A stretch of 64,000 bases of DNA from Antedon mediterranea (lineage: Eukaryota > Animalia > Echinodermata). Below the pieces are notes generated by a model. The model saw nothing but the letters and a program-made list of their open reading frames with translations, made no database searches and was not told where the DNA came from. Positions within the stretch are counted from its first letter, which is position 1, and the number at the start of each line of letters is the position of its first letter. Location of the stretch: assembly GCF_964355755.1 (NCBI RefSeq), contig NC_092670.1, positions 10,650,795 to 10,714,794 on the forward strand, given 5' to 3'. A program made the translations under genes and the position numbers. This document shows positions 27,156 to 41,042 of the stretch, one piece after another.

Positions 27156-29059
27156 AAGCCTACATATCACATGTTAAATGTTTAAAAAATAAGCATTATT
27201 ATACTGTAATTGTGGGTGTCTTCCATTGTGTCCTAACCAGCTGGTTTATACTGAGATATTTCAAAGTAAGTTATAATAAGTTCTAAACTTACTTATATAA
27301 TAATTTTAGTAGTATTTTTTTTTTTTCAAAAGTCAATTTGTGCTGTATTTTGACAATTGTACGGCCATGGAAAACCCTTTTTGTGAAGTAACTTATGTCA
27401 TTTGAAGTGTACAGAGGTCATAATTGATTTGTCTCTAGTTTTTTTCCAAGCATAGTTTATTCCATTTCCTTGTGACAATGTGGCAGCACTAAAAAAATAA
27501 TTCAATATTCCAATATTCTCTTTTATTATATTATATGGTGATGATATTGTTCAACAAAGTGCTTATTTTGTATCCCATTCCATTCCATCATTGTATTGTA
27601 TTTGTATATGTTTTGTTTTATTTTGGAATAAAAATGTTTATGATTGATTGATTGAAAATAAATGATTATTGTCCCATACCGAATTACCTCTTTCAATCTC
27701 TTTTAGAAGACTGTTTATACAATACAGAACAACAGTTATTTAAACAGCTACAACGATTCTGCAGAACACCAAATATTGTACGTAACTATGACAGAAGTAC
27801 ACTGAATGAAATCACTGCAAAATGTAGCTGAACATCTCTCAAGCAACAATATCTATCAGTGCTTTCAAGTCAAGAATCATAATGGTGTATCACAATTTTC
27901 AAGATACGTAATTGGCTTGAATGGTAAATGAACTTATAATATTTATAATAAGAATTTAGTTGAAATGCGCTGATACTGCGATATGAATGTTTATATTAAC
28001 ATTTTGATTACTTGAATACTGCCATATAGCCAATGACTGCTCTACTAGGCAAAAAAACATGTTAAATGGCTTTAAAATAGCTCGCATTTTAATTTCTAAA
28101 TGCTCCAGCATGTCAGTTGTGGAAAAATATCCAGTCATCAAAGTGTTGGTAAATGGCTCTTTGGAGAAATTAACAATAAACAAAATGATCGGTCCGGTTG
28201 GCGAAAGATCCAACTTCAAGAATAGATCTCTGAAAGGTCATATATTTCATTGGGATCATCCATAATCAAATGAGGATTACTATCAAGTATAGATAGAAGG
28301 CAATGTTGTTGTATCAATGCCAATCTTTTTTTATTTATTTTACAGTGTGTTGTAATGTGTTTTGAATAGTTTGATTATTTCATTAGGTTTTTGAATCCTT
28401 AATTGAGAAAATATGGGTCGCGATTTATTATCAATTATACACTGATCTAAGATGTGAATGTTCTCAGTTTTGTAGAATCTACAAAACTGATACTTTAAAT
28501 CTACAGATTTTCTCTGTGTTGAAGCGAGTAGCGCACCGACACAATTGGGAATCAACGACGGGGCAATGGCCGCTTTTGACACATCGTTAATATACAAGTG
28601 AGGAATCCTATGACATGGATTTACCTACCAACTGGTTCTACGGATTCTGTAGTTTGCAAAAGAGTATGTAACTTAACTGAAAAACAGTGAACTTTGATGT
28701 ACCGGCAGTGGGAACTTTACAATGAACATTGAGTAGAAGAAAGTCCAGCCCAAATGATGTTATACTCATAGTATTATTCAGGTCCTAGCCAGGGGAAAAT
28801 TTATGGTTCGGGAGAACCCCTTGACGTTAGCATTGAACGCAATTTAAGCTATCCTTAGTCGCTTGTGTTTACCTGTGAAAAAAGTATGCTACAATCAAAA
28901 TGTTATTTGCAAGTGTGCTATTATTATCATTTTCGGCCAACTAGTGGTGCCATTTATCATGATTTTACGTGCAAGATTACCATTTCCGGTCATCTAGGAT
29001 TGTCATTTAACAAAATTCGCTTTGCTACAGGCCCCACTACATGAAAAATGAAAGTTTTT

Positions 29060-31080
29060 CTTAAATTTACTTTCACCTTGACCTTGAAAAATACATCAAC
29101 ATTCATCTTGTGTTGCTTATGTCAGTAATTTCTTTGATCAAAATCAATATATTAAGATATATAATATGTAGCCCTACATTCATTGTAAGTTTTTATTTCA
29201 TTTTTAATCATTTCAAAACAAGATTCAACACATCATTTAACAACTGCAGTGAATATATATTATTTAAAATACTCCTAAAATTTGATTAAACTACTAATTA
29301 TCATTAATGAAAATATAAGAAATACTGATTTATGATTAGATATCAATTTGATTTTATTGATAATTAAAAGCAATGAATAATAGTAATGTTATTTTTGAAT
29401 AAATTGAAATAATAATAAAATCGATAATTTTATAAAATAAATTTAAACAAATCACATTTTTGGAAATATTATTTGACTATTAATTTTATAACATTTTGAA
29501 TAAATAACTAGCTTTTATTATAATAAATTAATAATTTAATGATAAAGCAAAATGATATTTAAAAGAAACAAAGAGGAATCTTTGTTATTCCTATTACTAT
29601 TATTATTCATAAGTCAAATTATTCAATAATTACAGATTCTAATTTCTTTTATGCTGCTCTCTTAACTATCATAACTGTTGTTTTATTTTTAATATTTTGA
29701 TAGCAAGTCCGGCCTAGGCAGGCAGGAATTCAACGTGAATATGGAACCAATAGATAGATAGAAAGTTTCAATTTTTTCTCAAGTTCTTGAGTGCAGATCA
29801 ATTGTCAAAAAAAAAGTGAAAATTATTATGTGCAAAAGGAAATGTCTCTAAAAAAATGTTCAGCTCTAATAAGCAAATAAGTTTAGCGGTAGGATTGCAA
29901 CAATTAGGCCTATTCACAGAGTGAAGCATTACATTTGTTGATACAAACAATTTCCTAGGCAGAATTAATAGCAACAAAATATACCCATCAATGATGATGT
30001 GAATATCCATATAAAAAATACTGTTTTTATTTAATAAAGGAGTTTGCAAAGTTGTATACTTACGCTTTTTGACCAGGACCTAAAGGAAAATGAAATAAAG
30101 TATAGTAGTAGTTCAACATTTATTTATTTCTATCAATGGTACAATGATAAGAAATCATATAAAAACATTGTAATATTAAACAATAGGCCTACAACAATAT
30201 CATATCTTGCAAGAAGAAATTACTTGAAGGAAATGTAATGAAATTGTTAGCCCCATCAGTTTGAAGTCACGCCCACTATGTAGTTGCATATCAACGCAAG
30301 ATTAGACGTAATTATGGTCCTTGTATGTAAAAATGTAAAACTTTTACCAATACATTATTCATTTTATTGCCAATATATTCAGTTTTTCTGTGATTCTTAA
30401 TACATTATTTTTATTTACTAAATTATTTACTAAATAAAGTTAGCTGTTTCAGGTCAATCTATAAACATAAAACACGCTATCAATTTAATGTATTGAACCC
30501 GAGATAAAATAACAAGCTGAACAAACAATTCTGAAAATTTGTAAACTTTAAACTCAATTTTATAATTACATTAGATAGCACAATCAAACTAAATCGTACC
30601 AATTAGTCAATTAAAAAAAATTGGATCTAAATTTGACTGGTAACAGATTTACAAACTTTTGAAGGCCTAATAGAAACACCTGTACATGCATCTATTGAAC
30701 TAATTTTTGTTTTTGTTGAAACATATTAAAACACATTAAAGTTGTTCATTTCATGAGTACTCAATTAATCAGTTGATGCTCAGAACATCACTCACCTGAT
30801 TAATGTGATTCAAATGAGACGCTTGAATGTTGTTGTTTTCAACTGATGTTTCTTCCAGTATTTTTTTACTGATTTGACAAACACGATATTTCTGGTTATA
30901 GTTGACCGACAAGCAATATAATTTCTCGGAACATTCCAGCAAACAATTTACACGGCTTATATTCTTCAACTCGTAACTCCAACCATCAAGAGCCTGGCCT
31001 CGTATAACTGTATAAAATGAATTGGTCGAAAGAACACTGACGACAAAGGGCAGAAGAAAGACAATCAAAATAGTATGCAT
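29060..31080 (-). pseudogene. Internally deleted cluster copy: intact signal+PAN exon (30796-31080) plus last-codons remnant (29649-29684) and 3' flank
   Basis: MHTILIVFLLPFVVSVLS...CLLEC...CLSVNY with a CAG|GTGAGT donor. 1.1 kb downstream only KTTVMIVKRAA* survives, followed by sequence homologous to 16590-17207. Confidence 0.7.
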
Positions 31081-32128
31081 TGCGACGTTTTAGAAATGTG
31101 TTTCTGTACAGTTTTGGTGTCAATGAATTTCTTAGTTTATACTAATATGAACTGTTCCATCATCCAACCACTTCAATAGACAACTCAGTGCACCAATCAA
31201 AACGGTGATAGTAATATATGATTTACATAATAATGTATGAACAAAAATTAAGAATATAGAAGATACATTCATTGCATTTTTAAAAATAAATTTGGTGATA
31301 TTGAGCTTCATGTGTCTAGGTAGGCTTCAACTTCATCGTTATGAGTTCTCACAATCATCATGTAGATTATTATGGAAATAATTCAGCAACAATGTCGTGT
31401 GAATGAAATATTGTCCCTGTAGTGAAATATACTTAATACATTCATTCATTTTAAAGTACTGTATATGCATTTAATTTACCATTTAATGTGTACCTCTGTT
31501 GTAATAAAATCACAGCCATGCTTTAAAGCTAACATAATTAAAACAATAATGAAAATATTAACAATCATATATCAACAAAACGATTTTTACAGAATGATCC
31601 ACAAAGATATTCGGGAGTTATCCATGTTGAACACCCTTTAATGACCTAATATATGTACGTTATCCATTACATTTGTTGTCGTTCTCCAGCTCTGTAATTT
31701 TGATTCCAATATTTACAGTTACATTTTCTATGGTTACATCGTTATTGTACAAATCTAATTATTTTATTAATAAAAACGATAAATAAAACGATTAATAATA
31801 ATAATGTTAATTTTATATATGTATGAGCATAATATTTTGATAAATTATTGTAAACACAGTTGTGAACATATTATTAGATATCCTCGTGTATAATCCCACC
31901 CCTACTGATTTTACAAACAGGCATATCTCCGGGTATAGTCCCAGTATTGACTTTTGGCCACTTCAGATGAGTTTTTACAATAAATGCTTAACAGTTATTT
32001 TTTTTCATAAAGTGGTTTACCCGGGTATAGTCTCATGCCCAAAGTCGGCCCAACTTCGTGTTTTAGCGGCATGAAATTATACCAGAGGATATATGGTAAT
32101 AATAAAAACATGTTCATTGTTAAAAGTA

Positions 32129-33445
32129 TCTATATATAAATTATGGTTAATTCTGACATAGGCGAGCACAATGCAAAAACTTCGGTACAAATCTCCGCCT
32201 TGGATACCTACCTTATCTATCTGAGATGTACCGCGAAACGTAGATTTGATAACATTAGTGTTCACGGCGACGCTATTGTTCCATATTTCTATCTTAGGAA
32301 GATATTATAAAGAGTTTTTTAACACAATTTATGATTTCAACATTAGATTTTCATCTCAATTTCAATTCTTCCCGGTCAAAGTAATTTCCGGGTTTAAGAT
32401 AAGTTCACCTGGCAACAACCTGGTATCAAATATTTTCTCTCTTTTATACACAAGGGAGCAGTTAAAATAATAGATTTGACCCTAAAGGTGACTGGAGACA
32501 GGCACTTTCCATCAATCAATACAGTGTCCCTTAAGTTGGCCATTAGTCATTTCCATTTCAGTTTTTTGTTTATTTTAAAACATACCGCGCGTGTGTGAAG
32601 GTACAGTAGTTAAATAATAGGAATTATACTGCAAATTAATAAATATCAAATTAAATATACGCCATAAAGAATCAGAATATATTGTGGGGAATAGTATTAT
32701 AAAATTACATAGGGAGATTTGATGATAAGACATTTTTCGAGTGAAATCCCGATAGCTGAGCTTTATTGAGTAAGCTTGCAGGAATAACTGTAGGCTATCT
32801 TCCTGTGTCCCGTTAGGACCGAGATGTCTGCCCATGTTGCAAGCCGTAATGTCTTCTTTCTTGGGCCCACTCTGTCACGGCAGTTAGTTTCAAAAGATGA
32901 TTAAATTAAATAATGTATTAATAATTATTAGGATGGTATTCATTTGAATAAACGCCTCTCCAATAAAACATCACTTTGAATAATAACCCCCCCCCCCAAC
33001 CCAACTATCTAATAAACGTCCATCCACATATTTATAACAACACAATTATACTATTTGTAGTAGAATTCACCGCACTGTTATTTACAATTTACCAAGCATT
33101 TGTTATTCTTTTTTAGCACTTTTCATATCTATTAGAGGATTTCATTTGATTATAAATGTTACCATATTATTAAAACTACAAAATTTAACATATATCCCTC
33201 GAATATGCACCTCCCTCAAATGACCTCCGCCTCCCCAAAGGGCCCTACCAAACAAAAAAAACTATACTTTAAAATGTTATTAATTATCTAAAACACTGTG
33301 AAACAAAGTAGTTTAGATTTACGAATGTCAAGCATTTTCAATAATGGTAACCGACAGAAAAACGTATAAGGAGAACATTATCATTCCGAGAACCATCGTC
33401 TACACCTCCTAGAGGGGGAGCGAGCGAAGCGAGCTCACCCTCTAG
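32129..33445 (+). mobile_element. Non-autonomous Helitron (1317 bp)
   Basis: 5' TC, 3' CTAG and a subterminal hairpin GAGCGAGCGAAGCGAGCTC, inserted between A and T without a TSD. The empty site AAAAGTA|TTATAACAATT is present in the paralog at 37776-37793. Confidence 0.85.
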
Positions 33446-33637
33446 TTATAACAATTAAAATAATAGTAAATCAATACAAAAATAAATCACAGTTTATTTG
33501 ATGGGACAATGTTTGATTTAGAACATTTGGATTAAGTAACTAGCCTTTATTATAATTTAATGATAAGGCTATAATGTATAATAGATCTGAGAAACAAAAT
33601 AGAAATCTATCCTTATTCCCTTTATTCATAAGTCAAA

Positions 33638-34312
33638 TTATTTATTTATTTATTTATTTATTTACCAGATTTCTATAGCGCCCTTTTCATGAAAACTCAT
33701 GCTCAAAGGCGCTTCACATCATAAAGACAAACATCATAAGCAATAATTATAAAAGTAACCTCAAATTATACGAAATAAGATTTCTTAAACTAAGTTATAA
33801 ATATTCTTACTGTACATTAATTAAAATCGCATAAAATAGAAAAATAAAATGAACGATATACAAAATAGGTCGGAATTTCTTAAACTACGATTACAAAAAT
33901 ACAATTTATTTACATATTAATTATTATTTAATTTATTTATTTATTTATTTATTTATTTATTTTTTTAAATTTTAATTTAATTTAATTAAATTGATTAAAA
34001 ATTAAAAATATTATTGCACAATAATTGACCAAACAAATTGCAGTAGAAAAATACAAGATTACAAAAATAGGCATCAATATACTATATTCAAATTGAAATC
34101 AATCATTGTTGTAGTATGACACAAATAAGTGTGTTTTAAGTTCCCCCTTAAAAATGTTCAAGGAAGAAGCACTGCGGAGCTGGTATGGAAGAGCATTCCA
34201 TAGAGTCGGCGCGGCCTTCATGAAACACCTTTCACCATACGATTTGTTTTTAACTCTAGGAACACATAAAGTAAAAGAATCCTGTGATCGTAATGGCCTA
34301 TTTGGTTGATAA
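33638..34312 (-). mobile_element. L2 LINE 3' end with (TAAA)n tail
   Basis: YQPNRPLRSQ...YGERCFMKAAPTLWNALP...FKGELKTHLF and an L2-type tail AAGCGCCTTTGAG...GGGCGCTATAGAAAT. The segment 33722-33915 is duplicated at 34312-34500. Confidence 0.8.
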
Positions 34313-36559
34313 AGACAAACATCATAAGCAATAATTACAAAAGTAACCTCAAATTATACGAAATGAGATTTCTTAAACTAAGTTATAAATATTCTTACTG
34401 TACATTAATTAAAATCGCATAAAATAGAAAAATAAAATGAACGATATACAAAATAGGTCAGAATTTCTTAAACTACGATTACAAAAATACATTTTATTTA
34501 TTACATAATTAAAACAATAATGAAAATATTAACAATCATATATCAACAAAACGATTTTTACAGAATGATCCACAAAGATATTCGGGAGTTATCCATGTTG
34601 AACACCCTTTAATGACCTAATATACGTTATCCATTACATTTGTTGTCGTTCTCCAGCTCTGTAATTTTGATTCCAATATTTACAGTTACATTTTCTATGG
34701 TTACATCGTTATTGTACAAATCTAATTAATTTTCAAAGAAAAATAAAGAATTTATCATGTCATGTATAATAATAATAATAAATCAACCACCTTCTGAAAA
34801 TGATTAATACGGCGCTTTATTAAAAGTGTTCATTGTATCATTAACTCATAAGATTATTGTTGAATATGTATTATAGTTATGTATTCTGAGATCGTACAAG
34901 GTCGCAAAATATAATACTGTATTTGGGTGTATTATGCTGTGAAAAGTACTGCAATTGTGTAATTCTAATCAAAATTAGTTTAATTATTGAAAACATACCT
35001 TTTGCATAGAATAATAGCATTTGTAAATTTAGTGTCTTTGAGAAATTAAATTGGATGGTGTTGCAATAATTCATTTTTCATAATTATGTTGTTTGCATAC
35101 ATCTTTAAAACACACTTTTTAAATTAAATACTATAGATATTACTACTTTTTATATATATTTAACTGCAAAGTAAATAATACAAATTCATGTTTGGAGACC
35201 AAAAAGAAGTTCTAACCATGAAAAGTATAAAGTATTTGCGATAATTTGTAGAAAGTTTCGAAATAACCCATAAAAAATCACCCAGCACTTAGTACAGTAG
35301 GTAATTCAGATCTTTCTTTCTTCTGTTCGATTTTACTGTATGCAATTTCATTGACGGATTTGAGGATTAATAAATGGGGAAGGTGTGCTTAAAAATTGTG
35401 AACTTAAAGGATTAACTTAATAATAGTATACTTTTCCATTGCAGTTTCCCAAATTTAGAAGGGGTCTAGACAGGTGAGGAACAATTTAAAAAATAAGAAA
35501 ATGTCAGTTTAACTCTGGACGTATGCAATATTTGGTGGTGGGAAGTGCAAACGAGTCTCCACAACATCAAGCACACTTGTTGGAGCTGAGGTATGAAAAT
35601 TGTGAAAATATAAACCTGGAATTGCTCCCTATAAACGTATGGATACTATACAAATTGCAGAAAACAATTCAAACCGCGCAGTTTACTTCAGCTGGTTGCG
35701 TTTCTGTTCCTTTTAAAATAACAAACTGATGGTCTATCGAAAATCTTGTACATCTTTGTACACACTGCGCAAGATCATTCCGCAACATAAAGGGATTGCT
35801 TCTGAATGTTCGACTGACACACACACACACAGATACCAACCTAGCTAGTCTTCATCAGACACGGTGGATAGCAAAAGAAGAACGTATTCCAGATCGTGCA
35901 TAATAGCATACAGTATTTTGATCCGATGATGTGCTTTCAGTTTTAAATAAAATATTGATAATTCTGTGTTATTCTGTGAGGAATACGTAGAAGTGTGATT
36001 TCAGGGCTAGATCATGTGGTTGGATGAAATATGATTTTTTTAAATAACGGTTGGGCATACAGTAGGTATAGGGGCAGTGCTGGAAGTGGCTATTAGCAGG
36101 CAACTGTATAAAGGTGTAATGTAATATTTTCTATTGACATGGTTGACCATTTGTCTAGCCAACCAAGAATTCAGGTTAAGAGCTGTGAATTATCAAATAA
36201 ATAGTTAAACTTTTGTGATAATTTTGTATTTGGCCATTTTATTTCTGTTACACATATTTGTTTTATGTACATTTAACCATATATTATTTGAGCTTAAAAA
36301 ATCAATCACTAATGTAACAGTTTCTTTAAGCACTAACAAAACAAACTTCATTAACCACTAATGTAACACTAATATAAATTTAACCACTAACGTACAGTAG
36401 AAAATGTTGAGATATGTTTGGACTTAAATATTCTGTATTTTTTTGCGGAAAAATTCTTTTAAGTTGGAAATCTTTTTTGTTCAAGTTCAATTTTAATCCT
36501 GTGTGTTTTTTACAAACCTATGTTTAAATTTGTGCAAATACATCTCTTTACTTAGCTAT

Positions 36560-37110
36560 CAGTCTCCACCTTTCGTAAAGCGACCGACTTTAAAAAACAG
36601 CCATCTCGTAAGTAACCACCTCCTTAAAACGACCATATATCGATATGATGCCAGTGTTATTATAATTATGTACCTGGTGTAAGATAAAGGCTATTCAGGT
36701 TTGAACGATAACAGTTATTGTACCACCAAGCACCTTTGTATTGCTCAGCACAGTTACTACTGCATTTCTTATCATTGCCTCTGTTGTATGTTGTAAATTG
36801 TTTACCATTGTGAATTGATGCCAAAGAATCACCTAAACTAAGCGGCAATCTCTCTCTATGGTCTATTACGAGAGGTGGTGGTCCTTTGGAAGAGGTGGTC
36901 GCTTACGAGTTGGTTGATCATGATAAGCTTTCCCTAATGAGAGGATATGGTCGCTTACGAGAAGTGGTCCTTTAAAAGAGGTGGTCACTTACGAGAGGTA
37001 GTGGTCGTTAAGAGAAGTTGTTCCTTAGGAGAGGTCACTAACGAGAGGTGATGAACGTTTAAGAGAGGTGGTCACTTATCAGAGGTGGTCGATTATGAGA
37101 AGCTTTCTCT
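36560..37110. mobile_element. Degenerate TIR element with GAGAGGTGGTCGCTTAC-type subrepeats enclosing a FReD exon fragment
   Basis: The left arm has CTCGTAAGTAACCACCTC/AAGCGACC and the right arm has several GAGGTGGTC(G/A)CTTACGAG, i.e. opposite orientations. Confidence 0.55.
36645..36832 (-). pseudogene. Orphan truncated FReD terminal exon (C-like)
   Basis: TTTAG acceptor, then [55 protein letters not shown], then an out-of-frame NNTGII remnant. Confidence 0.85.
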
Positions 37111-38719
37111 TAGAGAGAAACGTTGTCAGTATATTAGCCAAAAAAGTCAAAGATTTTAGTTAAGTTTAATTTAGTTAAATGTAAAATTATTTTTCCAGTT
37201 AAAGAGAGCTGATAAACTCAGTTCCTAGATTTCCAACTTTCAAAACAAAAAATATGTTGAGTTTTTAAAAGATTTCTTAACATTTTGTCCTGTTGTTACG
37301 TTAGTGGTTACATTTTCTGGTTAACATTCAACTTGTTGCAAAACAAAGATTAAAAACATCACTTAAACATTAAAAATAATTGGATTTGAAAACTACTAAT
37401 TATCACTAATGAAAATATAGGAAATATTATTATTATTTTTATTAAATATCAATTTAATTTTATTAATAAAAACGATAAATAAAACGATTAATAATAATAA
37501 TGTTAATTTTATATATGTATGAGCATAACATTTTTATGTGATAAATTATTGTAAACACAGTTGATATAAACTTGTACGTATTATTTGATATCCTCCTGTA
37601 TAATCCCACCACTACTTTATGTGTAATTTTACAAACAGGCATATCCCCGGGTATAGTCCCAGTATTGACTTTTGGCCACTTCAGATGAGTTTTTACAATA
37701 AATGCTTACCGTTTTTTTTTTAGCGGGATGAAATTATAACAGAGGATACGGTAATAATAAAACATGTTCATTGTTAAAAGTATTATAACAATTGAAATAA
37801 TAGTAAATCCATACAATTAAATACATCACAGTCGTTTTGATGGGACAATATTTGATTTAGAACATTTGGATTAAGTAACTAGCCTTTATTATAATTTAAT
37901 GATAAGGCCATATGTATAATAGCTATAAGAAACAAAATTGGAATCTATCCTTATTCCTATTATTCATAAGTCAAATTATCTAATAATAATTACTACCTGT
38001 GCCATCATCAGGTCTGAATCATGACAACTCTCTTATGGTACTCTTTTAATCATCATCACTGTCTTCTTGAGACTGTAGTGATTAGTATGGAAATCATACC
38101 AGATGATGCCTGTCGCATTATCGGTACCTGGTTTAAGGTAAAGCCCATTCAGATTTGAACGATAGCAGTTATTGTACCACCAAGCACCTTTGTATTGCTC
38201 AGCACAGTTATAACTTCTCTTATCATTGTCTCTGTTGTATGTTGTAAATTGTTTATCATTGTGAATTGATGCCAAAGAATCACCTAAACAAACAAAATCT
38301 TCAGTTTACTTCATTAATATTGAATTTATTTGTTTTTAAAATAAAAAATAATAATAATAAAAACAATATTACCTACAAACCCAACTTTTTTCTCCTCAAA
38401 ATATCAGTATCAATAAAACACCTGAAATGTGTTTATAACATCATGAAGGTATGATTTTATTTGATTAGGTAAAGAAATCTATAATTGTGTAATAAAAATA
38501 TTCTACTGCAGTTACGAGATATATGTGCATGTTATCAGACCTCGTGCAATGATTTCGTTCGTCGGCTTTTGTACCTGATTTTGAATCCCATTTTCTCACT
38601 TTCTTACTAGATAAGCTCTTTCACTCTGTTTATATTTATTATAACCACGATAAATATTGGCATCCAGATCTTGTTGGCCGATTGCTACGTTCTGAAGAAC
38701 TCAAATGGCCGATTGCTAC

Positions 38720-38721
<2 letters not shown>

Positions 38722-38801
<80 letters not shown>
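38722..38801. repeat. (TA)n microsatellite
   Basis: Two TA runs separated by GATT. Confidence 0.95.
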
Positions 38802-38803
<2 letters not shown>

Positions 38804-39469
38804 AACTTTAAAGGTCAATTAATTTTTAAAAATGGATTTGCACACAGTAAAGTATTTTATTTACATGTACCATAAAAATGACAAAAGTCGCCTCCCCTAA
38901 ATTTAATTAAAACAGCACCACCGCTACTTGGTTACAGTACATGTATCAAGTTCTGTCCTTATGATATAACTGTGTTTAAGCAGTCGTAATTCTAAAATTG
39001 CTTTTTATTATATATACTTTAGACCTAAATGTGACAAATGCAACAGAAACCCTACAGTATGTTAGTAGTGCATGACTATTTTTACTGCTAGATACAAAGG
39101 CCTACAAAAAAGTTAATTCTATGTTTAATTGAAATGTGCTATTTTAGAGTGTAAAAATTGACAGAAAGATATACTAACCTGCCGTTCCTGTGTATCCACT
39201 GATTGTCAAATTATAGTTATACTCTTCAGTACCAACTCGAACGTGAGAGTAGTTTGCGATCTTCGTTTCATCCAAGTGATCAGTCATTTCTACTAATAGC
39301 TCAAAATCTCCATCAGATGTTATACGGTGGATCTTTTCGTTACCAAGCCAGAACTCTGTGTTCACGTTTCCAAAACCCTCTTTGTATTCTGCCCAATTAC
39401 GATAGAAATCAACTGATCCATCTTGTCTTCTCTGTATCACCTGAATGATAATAATGATAAAAGTAATAG

Positions 39470-39935
39470 TGTAACACTCTGACCATCAGGTCAACAACCC
39501 TTTTACACTATTTCTCCCTACTCCATCTATTAACATTCCTAGTGGTTTCTTCCTATCCCTAGTCACTATCCTATAACCCACATCCTTAATCAATTACTGT
39601 TTTCTCATCATCAAGGAATGTTCCCTTTACTAAATAGTCCCCTCCCGTTACATGCATATTAATTAGGACCGTTCCTTAAATATGAATATACTGGTAAGAG
39701 AAGAGAGAAGGAAAAGAAGAGCTTGATAGAATAAAACATTTATAAATAGAGAGAAAATGTATTTGAGATAGCCAGAACAGACTGTATTATATTTAGTATT
39801 GAAATAAAACTATATCTGGACAAAACCATATTTACTGTTTGTACATTTCTGTGACTGTGTGAAATCCTGCCGCTGATACTATATGATATAGTAACGGATA
39901 CACTAAAATACCACCGTTACAACTGGTTCCCACAC
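39470..39935 (+). mobile_element. 5' LTR (39470-39921) with tRNA-Glu-type primer binding site (39924-39935) of a truncated LTR retrotransposon in an intron of copy C
   Basis: TGTAAC...GTTACA termini with internal AATAAA. TGGTTCCCACAC follows 2 nt downstream and is complementary to the GTGTGGGAACCA 3' end of metazoan tRNA-Glu(TTC). Confidence 0.55.
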
Positions 39936-41042
39936 AATTTGAACCCACAGAAGCCAATAAAACAAAAAGAAAAAAGAAGAAAAAACAAGAAGATAAAACA
40001 TGGATCAGATTTGGAGTTTGCAGAGTTTGTGGAGCTGCAGATGCTGATGGATGAATGAACCCAGACAAAGAAGAGCAAAAGAAGAAAAAACGAAGATTAT
40101 TGGATGAAACAATTGCAGGACCAGCCCCAGGAATAGAAAACGGAAGACAGAAGAGACAACGCCGAGGACAAGGAAGAAGATCATTAACTGTTTTTTGCGA
40201 CCTTTTGTTTCACTTTCTTTTGACATTTTAATACTATTTTTGAACGCTTTATATAAATTTATAACATTTGTTTAATACTTTGGATGGCCTGGCTGATTTA
40301 TTTTTAAACATTATTTTGGACGTTAACCTATAGTATATTCAGCTTGGATTGAACACAATATTAACGATGTGGTAAGTGATCCATCATTTCTAGTTCTTTT
40401 CTATAACCTCCTCTTTCTTCGGGTGATATATTATTATTATAGATATAATCATATTGTAACATGTTTTTACGTTCGGGAAATTCGGCTGTTAATACTCCAA
40501 TTTCAACACACAGTCTTATACCTGGTAAAGATACTAGCCCGATTACCCCATCACCCACCTCATTAACACAACTGGATTTAGCCCTTTCTGGCAACACTTC
40601 AACATAATTTTCAGCCTGTAACGTCCCACTGCTGGGCAACGTTTCTCTGCTAAATCATGACATTATTTTCAATAATAAATGATTTCTGTCCACGCTGAAC
40701 CCTGGCAGTACTTACAGTAATGATGATGCACCGTTTTCGTTTTTTGGAATGAAGTAATAATTAAGGATATCTTAGAATATTGCCTACACTTCTTACCGTC
40801 CAATTGCCACTTTCCCTAATGTCACAGTACACAGCAAACTCTGGTCCTCCATCACATGGCTGCATCACATATTCACCACTCACAGCAGAAGGATAACATT
40901 GTAAAATGTCTCCACAGCCCCTCATAAAACACTCTAAAATGTACAAAGTTTGATGTGTTTAACACATCAAACTATATTTTAGTAATTTTATTAATACATT
41001 TAGGCCTACTCAATTTTGTATTTAAACTTTGTACTTTCAGAG

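Noticed and set aside
27956-28597. Short ORFs in a locally more GC-rich block
   Set aside because: No recognisable domain or splice structure. It may be a decayed transposon fragment, but this cannot be supported from the sequence alone.
29798-35729. Numerous 60-90 aa hydrophobic ORFs here and across the window
   Set aside because: Expected by chance in AT-rich DNA. Many have non-ATG starts and none shows a motif; the PAN exon at 30796-31080 is the exception and is reported.
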